DNA from: an uncultured bacterium
Lineage (GTDB): Bacteria; Krumholzibacteriota; Krumholzibacteriia; LZORAL124-64-63
Length of the DNA: 64,000 nt
Assembly: GCA_963732385.1 (NCBI GenBank)
Contig: CAVSZB010000001.1
Span: forward strand, 1-64,000
Direction of reading: 5' to 3'
The notes beneath the pieces were generated by a model. That model had not been told where the DNA came from. It worked only from the letters and a program-made list of their open reading frames with translations, and did not search any database. This document shows positions 1-8,420 of the stretch, piece by piece; position 1 is the stretch's first letter, and each line of letters opens with the position of its first letter. The position numbers and the translations under genes are program-made.

Positions 1-149
1 CCGGTGCAAAACTCCCCAGAAGCGCCGAAGTAAAATTCCCCACCCGAGAGATCAAGTGGTGAGGTCCGGCGCCAAGTCGGTCCTTGCCTGAGGGTCATGA
101 GCCCGCCGACCCTCCGCCAGTTGACCCGGTCACTGGCAGGGAGGTCGCG

Positions 150-1412
150 GTGCTCGAACTCGGGGAGATCGTTGTGATCCAACAACTCAAGGACGAGGGA
201 TTGACGATCGTGGCCATTGCCCAGCGCACCGGCCAGGACCGCAAGACCGTCCGCAAGTATCTCAAGCTGGGTCTGCAGGTGCCGGCCTACGGGCCGCGGG
301 CGCCTCGGCCCAGCCTGCTGGACCCGTTCAAGGACTACGTGAGCAGCAGGCTGACAGAATATCCGGCCCTTCGGGCCAGCCGTCTGCTGCGCGAGATCAG
401 GGAGCTCGGTTATCCCGGCGGCTACACCACCGTCAAGGACTTCGTGCTGACCGTGCGGCCACTCAGGGAGCAAGGTTACGAGCATCGCTTCGAGACGCCG
501 CCGGGCAAGCAGGCGCAGGTGGACTTCGCCTGCTTCGACGTGTGCTTCACTTCGGAGCCCGACCAGTGGCGGCGGATCTGGGTGTTCACCATGGTGCTCG
601 GCTACTGCCGTTACCTGTGGGGGCGGTTCGTTCTGAGGCAGGACCTGCCGACGGTCATCCGCCTGCACCGCGAAGCGTTCGCCGCCCTGGGCGGCGTGCC
701 CAGTCAGATCCTCTACGACCGCATGAAGACCGCCGTGATCGGCGAGCCGGACGATGGCCACATCGTCTACAACGGCCGCCTGCTGGACATGGCCAACCAC
801 TACGGCTTCGTGCCGAAGGCCTGCGCCGCCTATCGGGCCAAGACCAAGGGCAAGGTCGAGCGGCCGAACGGCTACATCCGCGATGACTTCTTCATGGGCC
901 GCCGGTTCAGCGACCTGGCCGACCTGAACGAGCAGTGGTTCCACTGGCTGACCACCGTCGCCAACGTCCGTTGCCACGGCACCACCGGCCGGATCGTCGT
1001 CGAAGCGTTCGCCGAGGAACAGCCGTTCCTGTTGCCGCTACCGGCGGTCGACTACCACGCGGTGCTGCGAGCCGAACGAAGGATCAGCCGCGATGGCATG
1101 GTCTCGGTCGACGGCAACGAGTACAGCGTGCCGGACACGACCCAAGTTCGGATCGTCGAGGTCCAAGTCACCTGCGACCACGTGCACATCTTGGACGAGG
1201 GTCGGCTGGTGGCCGTCCACGAGATCCTGACTGGCCGTGGACAGCGCGTGGTGGCCGAGGGCCATCGCCACAACCCGCCGCCGGGCAACGCCCGCAACCC
1301 CAGGCAGCGCGCCGCTGTGCCGCCGCAGCCGGGCCAGCAGGTCGGCCGCCGCGACCTGGCGGTCTACCAGCAGGTCGGCGCCGCCCTGGCCGCCCGGGGA
1401 GGTGAGCACTGA
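150..1412 (+). CDS. istA: IS21 transposase IstA (HTH + rve/DDE)
   Basis: Motifs RFETPPGKQAQVDF, LYDRMKT and KTKGKVER. GTG at 150 follows GGAGGT; the ORF track starts at 84. Confidence 0.95.
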   Translation: MLELGEIVVIQQLKDEGLTIVAIAQRTGQDRKTVRKYLKLGLQVPAYGPRAPRPSLLDPFKDYVSSRLTEYPALRASRLLREIRELGYPGGYTTVKDFVLTVRPLREQGYEHRFETPPGKQAQVDFACFDVCFTSEPDQWRRIWVFTMVLGYCRYLWGRFVLRQDLPTVIRLHREAFAALGGVPSQILYDRMKTAVIGEPDDGHIVYNGRLLDMANHYGFVPKACAAYRAKTKGKVERPNGYIRDDFFMGRRFSDLADLNEQWFHWLTTVANVRCHGTTGRIVVEAFAEEQPFLLPLPAVDYHAVLRAERRISRDGMVSVDGNEYSVPDTTQVRIVEVQVTCDHVHILDEGRLVAVHEILTGRGQRVVAEGHRHNPPPGNARNPRQRAAVPPQPGQQVGRRDLAVYQQVGAALAARGGEH

Positions 1413-2272
1413 TGGTCACCGCGAAGCTGCCCATGCCGCCGCTGGAGTCGATCAAGCGCCGACTGGTAGGCCTCAAGATGGCGCGTTCACTGGAAGTGAT
1501 CGACCAGCTCGTCGGCCGCATCGAACAGGGTGAGCTGTCGGCGGTCGAGGCGATCGATCTGCTTCTGGCCGAGGAGTACTCCACCCGTGAGACGCGGCGC
1601 ATCCGCATGGCGATGATGACCGCCCGCCTGGGCACGATCAAAACCCTCGAGAGCTTCGACTTCTCGTTCCAGCCGTCGTTGGATCGCAACCAGATCCTGG
1701 CCTTGGCTGGACTCGGGTTCATCGAGCGCAAAGAGGCGGTCCACTTCCTCGGTCCGCCGGGGACGGGGAAGTCACACTTGGCGATCGCCCTGGCCTACGA
1801 AGCGATCAAGGCGGGCAAGAGTGTCTACCTGGCCACGCTGGCCGAGATCATCGCCTCGCTGACCAAGGCGGAGCGCGAAGGCACTCTCCCACAGAGGATC
1901 CGGTTCCTGACCAGGACGGCGCTGCTGATCATCGACGAGGTTGGCTACCTGCCGCTGGACAAGAGCGGAGTCAACCTGTTCTTCCAGCTGGTGAACGCCC
2001 GCTACGAGAAGGGGGCGATGATCCTGACCAGCAATCGCAGCTTCCAGGAGTGGGGCGAGATCTTCGGCGACAACGTCGTGGCCGCCGCGCTACTGGACCG
2101 GCTGTTGCACCACGCGGTGGTCATCCAGATCGAAGGCAACAGCTACCGGCTGAAGACCCATGCGGCGCTGATGCCGGAAAACCTCAAGGCGGCGATCGCC
2201 GCTCGAGGCGATCCCCACAAGCGGCGGCCGGGCAGGCCGCGGAAGGAGGAAGCCGACTTGCCGGACAGGTGA
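1412..2272 (+). CDS. istB: IS21 helper AAA+ ATPase IstB
   Basis: Walker A GPPGTGKS, LLIIDEVGY, LDRLLHH..GNSYR; TGATG overlap with istA. Confidence 0.95.
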   Translation: MVTAKLPMPPLESIKRRLVGLKMARSLEVIDQLVGRIEQGELSAVEAIDLLLAEEYSTRETRRIRMAMMTARLGTIKTLESFDFSFQPSLDRNQILALAGLGFIERKEAVHFLGPPGTGKSHLAIALAYEAIKAGKSVYLATLAEIIASLTKAEREGTLPQRIRFLTRTALLIIDEVGYLPLDKSGVNLFFQLVNARYEKGAMILTSNRSFQEWGEIFGDNVVAAALLDRLLHHAVVIQIEGNSYRLKTHAALMPENLKAAIAARGDPHKRRPGRPRKEEADLPDR

Positions 2273-2362
2273 CCGGACCAGAAATCAAGGGGTGGGGAAT
2301 TTTACTTCGGCGGAAATGGGGAGAATTAAACCGGCGTTGACAGGGACACTGCTTCTGCGTTC

Positions 2363-2460
2363 ACCGAACCAGCGGATGCAGCAGAATCGGCGCCTCGCGA
2401 GGTAGACGCGGGTAGCGCCGGATCGCAGGCGCCTCGCAGCTGAACCGCAACACGTCAGGC
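2363..2460 (+). other. attC site 1 (degenerate)
   Basis: R''-like ACCGAAC followed by CAGCGGATGCAGC...GCAGCTGAACCGCAACAC and R'-like GTCAGGC; imperfect palindrome directly before an RBS and ORF. Confidence 0.7.
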
Positions 2461-2501
2461 AGTGACCGAATCTATTCACGCCCATAAGGAGATGTTCTGC
2501 A

Positions 2502-3248
2502 TTGGATATTCCACGGATCTTCAACATCACCGAAAGTGCTCACCGCATCCATAACCCGTTCACACCCGAAAAGCTCGCCACTCTCGGCGCGGCGCTGCGT
2601 CTGGAAACGGGCACCCGAGTGCTCGACCTCGGCAGCGGTTCGGGCGAGATGCTGTGCACCTGGGCACGCGATTACGGAGTCATCGGCACCGGCATCGACA
2701 TGAGCCAGTTGTTCACCGAGCAAGCGAAACTCCGCGCTGAAAAACTCGGTGTCGCCGATCAAGTCAAGTTCATCCATGGCGATGCTGCCGGCTTCGTTTC
2801 TGACGAGAAGGCCGGTGTGGCAGCCTGTCTCGGTGCCTCGTGGATCGCTGGGGGAGTCGTCGGTACCATCGAGCTTCTGGCGCAGAGCCTCCGCCCCGGA
2901 GGGATCATTCTCATCGGCGAGCCATACTGGCGGCAGTTACCGCCGACGGAAGATGTTGCCAGGGAGTGTCATGCCGGCTCAATCTCCGACTTTCTCCTGC
3001 TTCCGGAACTTCTCGCGTCTTTCGGCCACCTCGGCTACGACGTCGTGGAAATGATTTTGGCGGACCAAGACAGCTGGGACAGATACGAGGCGGCCAAGTG
3101 GCTCACCATGCGCCGATGGCTTGAAGACAATCCTGACGACGAGTTCGCGAAAGATGTTCGAGCCAAACTAACCTCGGAACCCGAGCGCTACGCCGCTTAC
3201 GCGCGTGAACACCTGGGCTGGGGCGTGTTCGCGCTGATGACGCGGTGA
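2502..3248 (+). CDS. Class I SAM-dependent methyltransferase, YjhP-like (gene cassette)
   Basis: VLDLGSGSGEM SAM motif; N-terminus MDIPRIFNITESAHRIHNP resembles YjhP; flanked by attC sites. Confidence 0.85.
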   Translation: MDIPRIFNITESAHRIHNPFTPEKLATLGAALRLETGTRVLDLGSGSGEMLCTWARDYGVIGTGIDMSQLFTEQAKLRAEKLGVADQVKFIHGDAAGFVSDEKAGVAACLGASWIAGGVVGTIELLAQSLRPGGIILIGEPYWRQLPPTEDVARECHAGSISDFLLLPELLASFGHLGYDVVEMILADQDSWDRYEAAKWLTMRRWLEDNPDDEFAKDVRAKLTSEPERYAAYAREHLGWGVFALMTR

Positions 3249-3294
3249 TGAGGGGATTACCGGGCGACTCAGAAAGTGGGGAAAATCCAATCAT

Positions 3295-3354
3295 GCCTAG
3301 CAACTCATTTAAGCCGACGCCGCTTCGCGGCGCGGCATAATTCAGGCGTCAGGC
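3295..3354 (+). other. attC site 2 (60-bp, aadA/Xanthomonas-type)
   Basis: GCCTAGC AACTCATTTAAGCCGACGCCGCTTCGCGGCGCGGCATAATTCAGGC GTCAGGC closely resembles classic 59-base elements. Confidence 0.92.
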
Positions 3355-3379
3355 ATCACCCGCCGGAGGACCTCAAGAG

Positions 3380-3631
3380 ATGTCCCAAATCACCGCAACC
3401 AGCGTCTCGGTAGGGGTATGTCGCGTAGTCCACATGCCGTCAGGTGCGGAAATCCAAACAAGCACTCCGACTGAATTCGGTGGTGCTGGAGATTCGTTTT
3501 CAGCGACCGATCTTCTGGCTGCGGCACTTGGTGTATGCATTGCTACCAACGTAGAGGTAATTGCTGAGCGACATGGCGTCCCTGACCTGACTTTGCCACA
3601 GTTTGGGAGTGGCGGGGAAGGGATTGGGTAG
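3380..3631 (+). pseudogene. OsmC-family protein, 3'-truncated cassette
   Basis: FGGAGDSFSATDLLAAALGVC motif; the family resemblance ends abruptly near 3580; no second Cys region and no attC follow. Confidence 0.65.
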
Positions 3632-3720
3632 AGGGGGGTGAGTCTATTCATCCCGGGCGCCTTCCGCTATAATTCCCCTCGCCTTCGAACGACGAACCTT
3701 CCACAAAGGACGGTCCGGCC

Positions 3721-4875
3721 GTGTCCACAAAAGCGGTTCTGTACATAATCCTGATGGTCAACGCGGTGTGTCTGGCCGTCCTGTCCGGCTGCGGCGACGA
3801 AGCCGGGCCGGGGACCGGGACGCTTGCGATCGACATCGAACCGGACGACTGTCCGCTCAACTGGGCCCTTTCCGGCGCCGGCACCCTCATCGAGGGGACG
3901 GGCGACCGGAGCCTCGGCGGGATGCCGGCCGGCCTGGAATACACGCTCACCGTCGTTCATGAGCCCGGCTGGGCCGCGAGCGATCCCCTCACCCAGAGCG
4001 CCTGGGTGCGGGCGAATGAGGTCAGCGAAATCCAGGTCGGGTTCCAGCCCCTTGAGCTGGGCGCCTTCGTCGAGGTCCCGGCCGGCACCTTCACCATGGG
4101 CTCGCCCGAAGAGCAGGCGGAATCCTACTGGGACGAGCGCCCGCAGCACCAGGTGACCTTCACGCGCCCCCTGCTGGTGAAGGCCACCGCGGTAACGCAG
4201 CACGAGTACTACGCCATTACCAACCAACGGCCGAGCCGGCACCACGACTGCGACGAATGCCCCGTCGAAGGCCTCGACTTGCGGGAGGCGCTCACCTTCT
4301 GCAACCTGCTGTCGGTCTGGGACGGTCTGCAGCCGCCCTACACCCTCGAAAACGACGCTGTCATCTGCGACTGGACCGCCAGCGGCTACCGTCTTCCCAC
4401 TGAGTCGGAATGGGAATATTTCTGCCGTGCCGGAACCACCACCCGGTTCAGCTTCGGGGACGACAGCATCGATCTGAACGACTACGCCTGGTATGGGGAC
4501 AATTCGGGGGAAATGACGCACCCGGTCGGGACGAGGCAGCCCAATGCCTGGGGGCTGTACGACAATCACGGCAACGTCTACGAGATGACCTGGGACGGGT
4601 ACCAATGGTACCCCGAGGAGCCGGTCACCGACCCCCGGCGCGACCCCAGCAACGAACTGCGGATGGCCCGCGGCGGCGACTTCCACTGGGGGTGGATCTA
4701 CGCCACCTCCTCCTGGCGGGCCACCTACACCAACGTCGATAAACTGCCCAACCTCGGGCTTCGGGTGGTCCGCTATGCCGACGGGGAGGCGGGGGCGAAG
4801 CGGGCGGCCGGCCGCGGCTCCGGGGCCGGATTGTCGATCGACGGCGACAAGGGGATCGGGAGCGCAGCGAGGTGA
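3721..4875 (+). CDS. Lipoprotein with formylglycine-generating enzyme (FGE-sulfatase/SUMF1-like) domain
   Basis: Lipobox LSGC; motifs PAGTFTMGS, YRLPTESEWEY, PNAWGLYDNHGNVYE and GLRVVR. Confidence 0.9.
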   Translation: MSTKAVLYIILMVNAVCLAVLSGCGDEAGPGTGTLAIDIEPDDCPLNWALSGAGTLIEGTGDRSLGGMPAGLEYTLTVVHEPGWAASDPLTQSAWVRANEVSEIQVGFQPLELGAFVEVPAGTFTMGSPEEQAESYWDERPQHQVTFTRPLLVKATAVTQHEYYAITNQRPSRHHDCDECPVEGLDLREALTFCNLLSVWDGLQPPYTLENDAVICDWTASGYRLPTESEWEYFCRAGTTTRFSFGDDSIDLNDYAWYGDNSGEMTHPVGTRQPNAWGLYDNHGNVYEMTWDGYQWYPEEPVTDPRRDPSNELRMARGGDFHWGWIYATSSWRATYTNVDKLPNLGLRVVRYADGEAGAKRAAGRGSGAGLSIDGDKGIGSAAR

Positions 4876-5061
4876 TGGTGCAATTGCCGGCGGCCGGGGA
4901 TCTGCGAAATCTACAGCCGGACCGCGTCCTGACAGCTGCAGCGTGGGTCCCGGGACCGCACGCAGCAGGCTTGGCATGTGTTTGCGGCAGTTGTGGGGAC
5001 CGTCTGGCATGCCATGGCGAATCGTGGACGCTGAAGCCTGGCTGGCACGCGATTGAACTAG

Positions 5062-5108
5062 TCGGGCGCGCCACGCGTCTTTGCAGGTGAAGCCAGCGAT
5101 CGCCAGCC
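5062..5108 (+). other. attC remnant 3 (right half only)
   Basis: GCGCGCCA...TTGCAGGTGAAGCC...GCCAGCC resembles the right arms of the sites at 5606 and 12823. GCCAGCC is two changes from GTTAGCC, the complement of the downstream R'' GGCTAAC. Confidence 0.45.
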
Positions 5109-5168
5109 GAGAGGAATATAAAAATCAAAAACCCAGTAGTTGGTCTAATCCTTTGGATAGTAGTCTCT

Positions 5169-5588
5169 ATGGCTGCAGGCTGGGTCGGATCCAGATTCAT
5201 GCCAGGGGAGTGGTACGCGTCGCTCGCGAAGCCAAGCTGGAATCCTCCGAGTTCAGTGTTCGCTCCCGTGTGGTCGACCCTATACATTCTCATGGGTGTT
5301 GCCGCGTGGCTGGTTTGGCGGAAGGTCGGTTTCACCGGCGCGCCAGTAATTCTGGGGCTGTTCATTGTACAGTTGGGCCTAAACTCGCTGTGGTCATACC
5401 TCTTCTTTGGCGTTCACCAGCCTGGGCTCGCTTTCATCGAAATAGTCATTCTCTGGTTGGTAATCCTGATTATCGCAATAGGGTTCTGGCGCGTTTCAGT
5501 TCTCGCGGGAGTACTGCTGTTGCCGTATCTGTGCTGGGTCGGTTTTGCCAGTGTGCTCAACTTTCAGCTGTGGCGGCTGAACTCGTAA
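5169..5588 (+). CDS. tspO: TspO/MBR tryptophan-rich sensory protein (gene cassette)
   Basis: WYASLAKPSWNPP, VWSTLY, LNSLWSYLFFG and PYLCWVGFA motifs; the frame extends upstream to ATA at 5118. Confidence 0.92.
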   Translation: MAAGWVGSRFMPGEWYASLAKPSWNPPSSVFAPVWSTLYILMGVAAWLVWRKVGFTGAPVILGLFIVQLGLNSLWSYLFFGVHQPGLAFIEIVILWLVILIIAIGFWRVSVLAGVLLLPYLCWVGFASVLNFQLWRLNS

Positions 5589-5605
5589 ATGAATGGTGCG
5601 TGGCA

Positions 5606-5702
5606 GGCTAACAAGTGCTTCCAGCCGAAGAAGCCGCTTGTCACGCTCCGTGCGGGGCACGGGCCGCGCCAACCGACATCGCAGATGAAGCCAACGTAAT
5701 CT
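5606..5702 (+). other. attC site 4
   Basis: GGCTAAC AAGTGCTTCCAGCCGA...TCGCAGATGAAGCCAAC GTAATCT. Confidence 0.8.
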
Positions 5703-5717
5703 AGATGAGGACTGGCA

Positions 5718-6251
5718 GTGATGCGGCCGTTGTTGATACTCGATTTGGATGAAACGTTGATCCATGCGGTAGAGGTTCCGTTGGCCCACGACGCATCGTT
5801 CCGCTGTGGCCAATATTTCGTCTACGAGCGCCCCTTCGTGCGCGAGTTCTGCAATTCTTGTTCGCGCTACTACGACTTGGCTGTGTGGACGAGTTCTACA
5901 GCAGATTATGCGCAGTGCGTGGTGGAGCACATCATGGACGGCGGCCAAACGGCGTTTCTGTGGGTTCGAGACCAATGCACTCGGCGTTATGATCCTGAAG
6001 CGAAAGAGCACTACTGGGTCAAGGATCTAAGGAAGGTGAAGCGCTCCGGCTACGACTTGAAACGAGTTCTTGTTGTCGATGACACAAGACAGAAGCTGGA
6101 GAGAAACTACGGCAATCTAATTCTTGTGAGCGAATTCAATGGCGACCCACAAGACCGAGAACTCGATCAGTTGTCAGGGTACCTGGGGGGCATCGTCGGG
6201 GTAGAAGACTTGCGCGCCATCGAGAAGCAGGGGTGGCGAGCGACCAGATAA
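5718..6251 (+). CDS. HAD-superfamily NIF/FCP1-like phosphatase (gene cassette)
   Basis: DLDETL motif I, VYERP, WTSS, VKDL and VVDD motifs. Confidence 0.9.
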   Translation: MMRPLLILDLDETLIHAVEVPLAHDASFRCGQYFVYERPFVREFCNSCSRYYDLAVWTSSTADYAQCVVEHIMDGGQTAFLWVRDQCTRRYDPEAKEHYWVKDLRKVKRSGYDLKRVLVVDDTRQKLERNYGNLILVSEFNGDPQDRELDQLSGYLGGIVGVEDLRAIEKQGWRATR

Positions 6252-6345
6252 CAGAGCGTTGGAGCAGGCGGATCGGCCTTTTCGCGCCCCTGGCTTGCGC
6301 CAGGGTCGCGCCAAGTTCTCCCGCTGCTCAACGCTGGCGGTATCC
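6246..6345 (+). other. attC site 5
   Basis: AGATAAC AGAGCGTTGGAGCAGGCGG...CCGCTGCTCAACGCTGGC GGTATCC; strong stem; the ORF stop codon lies in R''. Confidence 0.85.
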
Positions 6346-6451
6346 GCGGGCAGCGATATGAACTGCCTTTGAAGCAGGTCGCGACCTGGGAATGGGCGAG
6401 AAAGGAGGATTGCATTTCGCATCATCACACCAAAAAGGAAGGAGTACTGTC

Positions 6452-8014
6452 ATGACCAGACCGGCTGCCAATCGAGTATCCCTTGCTCTGTGTATTCTAA
6501 TCGGATTGTGGGCCCAGGTCGCCTGGGGGCAAACCACCGTGGAAGGCTATTGCGACACGGTCGACGAGGAGGGGAACCTCGTCAGCAACATGTTCACCGT
6601 GACATCAACCGCCATGGACGGTCGGGCGCTGATCGAAGCTCCCTGGACGACCGTGATCGACAACGGACCCTACGCCAATCGGATCGACATCGTAAGCCTG
6701 AGCGAGGGTTATGCGGTCGGTGATTTGGAGATGTATGCCGCGCACGTGGATTCGCTGTTCGGATTTATTTTCGATTTCGAGCCGTTCAGGACGTATCGGC
6801 ATTTCTTCAATTTGCACCGTGTCGATGTGGTGTCCAACGAATCAGGGGTCGACAACGATCCCCTGGGCGTCGAGAAGGACACGGCCCTGGACATGGATGT
6901 CGCGTGCAACTGGCTTTACGGCGAGACCTGCTTCAACATCAACAATGCCTATGGGTATGCCGCCAACGTCGATTATTGGGACAAGATAATGATCTTGGTG
7001 AATACGAACGACCAGACGGGCGTGGGCTTAGGCGATTTAATCGTGTTGCCCATGGCCAGTGTATATAATGATGATCACGCAACGCTCGCCATACATGAAC
7101 TGGGTCATAGTGTGGGGGGGCTTAGCGATGAGACCGCCCTGGCCGGCAGAACGTTCGTGGGCAACTGGCCCGTTGAGGCGGTGAACATTTCCATTTGGGA
7201 CGCCGTGGAAATGGCTGAAAGCGGGGAGAAATGGGCGCGCTGGTTGGGCGTGGACGATCCCGACTTCTGTGGGCTGGTGGACGCCTACGAAGGCGCTCTA
7301 TGGTATCAGTACGGAGTCTACCGCCCCACCGAATATTCGATGATGCGGAGGCCGACCTACCCCTTCAATCATCCTTCGGTCGAAGGCCTGATCAATCGTT
7401 TCTATACGACGGTCAGGCCCATCGATTTCGCCACCCCGGATGACACGGATCTGACCGGTGGCGAGACCGTCTTCGTGGAACCGGTGCCACTGGTCGGCCA
7501 CGCCATGGATGTGCAATGGTTTCTCGACGACGAGCCCCTGCCCGGGGCTACGGCGGGCACGCTGGACCTGAGCACGTTGGCGCTGGCGGACGGGGTATAT
7601 GGCCTGTCGGTCGAGGTGGTCGACAACACGCCCTGGGTGCGCGATCCCGACATTCGCGAAACGGCTCTGACCGATAGTCGCAAGTGGCAGGTCCATGTCA
7701 AGAACGACAAACTGGCCAAGGACGCTCTCGCCGGTGGCGATCGCTTGCAGGCGGCCAACTACCCCAATCCCTTCAACCCCCGTACGATTATCCGCTTCTA
7801 CCTGCCGCAGGCCGGGCGTGTGGACGTGCGGATTTTCGACCTGAGCGGCAAGGCCGTGCGCAAGCTGGCGACCGACGCGATGGAGGCTGGCTACCACGAG
7901 CTTCTCTGGGACGGCCGCGACGACCAGGGCCGGTCCGTGGTCTCGGGCCACTACTGCTACCGTCTGAGCGACGGTAAGCAGGTCATCACTGAACGGATGG
8001 TTCTGCTGCGGTAG
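6452..8014 (+). CDS. Secreted M64-family (IgA peptidase-like) metallopeptidase with C-terminal FlgD-Ig/T9SS-like domain
   Basis: Signal peptide; HELGHSVGGLSDE; YRPTEYSMMR; C-terminal NYPNPFNP...WDGRDDQGRSVVSG. Confidence 0.85.
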   Translation: MTRPAANRVSLALCILIGLWAQVAWGQTTVEGYCDTVDEEGNLVSNMFTVTSTAMDGRALIEAPWTTVIDNGPYANRIDIVSLSEGYAVGDLEMYAAHVDSLFGFIFDFEPFRTYRHFFNLHRVDVVSNESGVDNDPLGVEKDTALDMDVACNWLYGETCFNINNAYGYAANVDYWDKIMILVNTNDQTGVGLGDLIVLPMASVYNDDHATLAIHELGHSVGGLSDETALAGRTFVGNWPVEAVNISIWDAVEMAESGEKWARWLGVDDPDFCGLVDAYEGALWYQYGVYRPTEYSMMRRPTYPFNHPSVEGLINRFYTTVRPIDFATPDDTDLTGGETVFVEPVPLVGHAMDVQWFLDDEPLPGATAGTLDLSTLALADGVYGLSVEVVDNTPWVRDPDIRETALTDSRKWQVHVKNDKLAKDALAGGDRLQAANYPNPFNPRTIIRFYLPQAGRVDVRIFDLSGKAVRKLATDAMEAGYHELLWDGRDDQGRSVVSGHYCYRLSDGKQVITERMVLLR

Positions 8015-8420
8015 AATTCGAAGCAGGCGCTGGGGTCGGCCAGTCGGGATTGGCCATTTGCGGCATTGCCTGTCGCGGCCGACCTCCATGCCGTTCAGAC
8101 CAGGAGACATCGCCGCGACCGCCGGCTGACGGGATGTCATGTGATCGCGTGAGGAGCATCCTCGGTAGAGGGCTAGGTTGCTGAAAGCCGGCATTTCGGG
8201 CCCTTTCCCAGGGCTTCCGCGACATTGCCGGCAGGGAGTTTGGAGCAACGGCGACTTTACATATTGCCACCACGCCGCGAGCCACATCACAAGGAAACAC
8301 ACAATGTTCTCGTCTTGGCTACTTGATGCAGGCCATTTTGTTTGCTAAGCCATAGCAAATTAGTATCCTATACGCCCTACAGGATATCTATCACAGACAT
8401 GCCCCACAGGAGTCACCCTC

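Larger units (their letters stand above)
1..2342 (+). mobile_element. IS21-family insertion sequence (left tip truncated by the window edge)
   Basis: istA+istB pair. The right end ...gggtggggaattttacttcggcggaaatggggagaattaaaccggcgttgaCA (2290-2342) is the reverse complement of positions 1-45, apart from ~8 terminal bases missing at the window start. Internal repeated AAA(A/C/T)TCCCCA-like motifs occur at both ends. Confidence 0.95.

Noticed and set aside
8328..8347. sigma54 promoter
   Set aside because: GG-to-GC spacing is 11 rather than 10.
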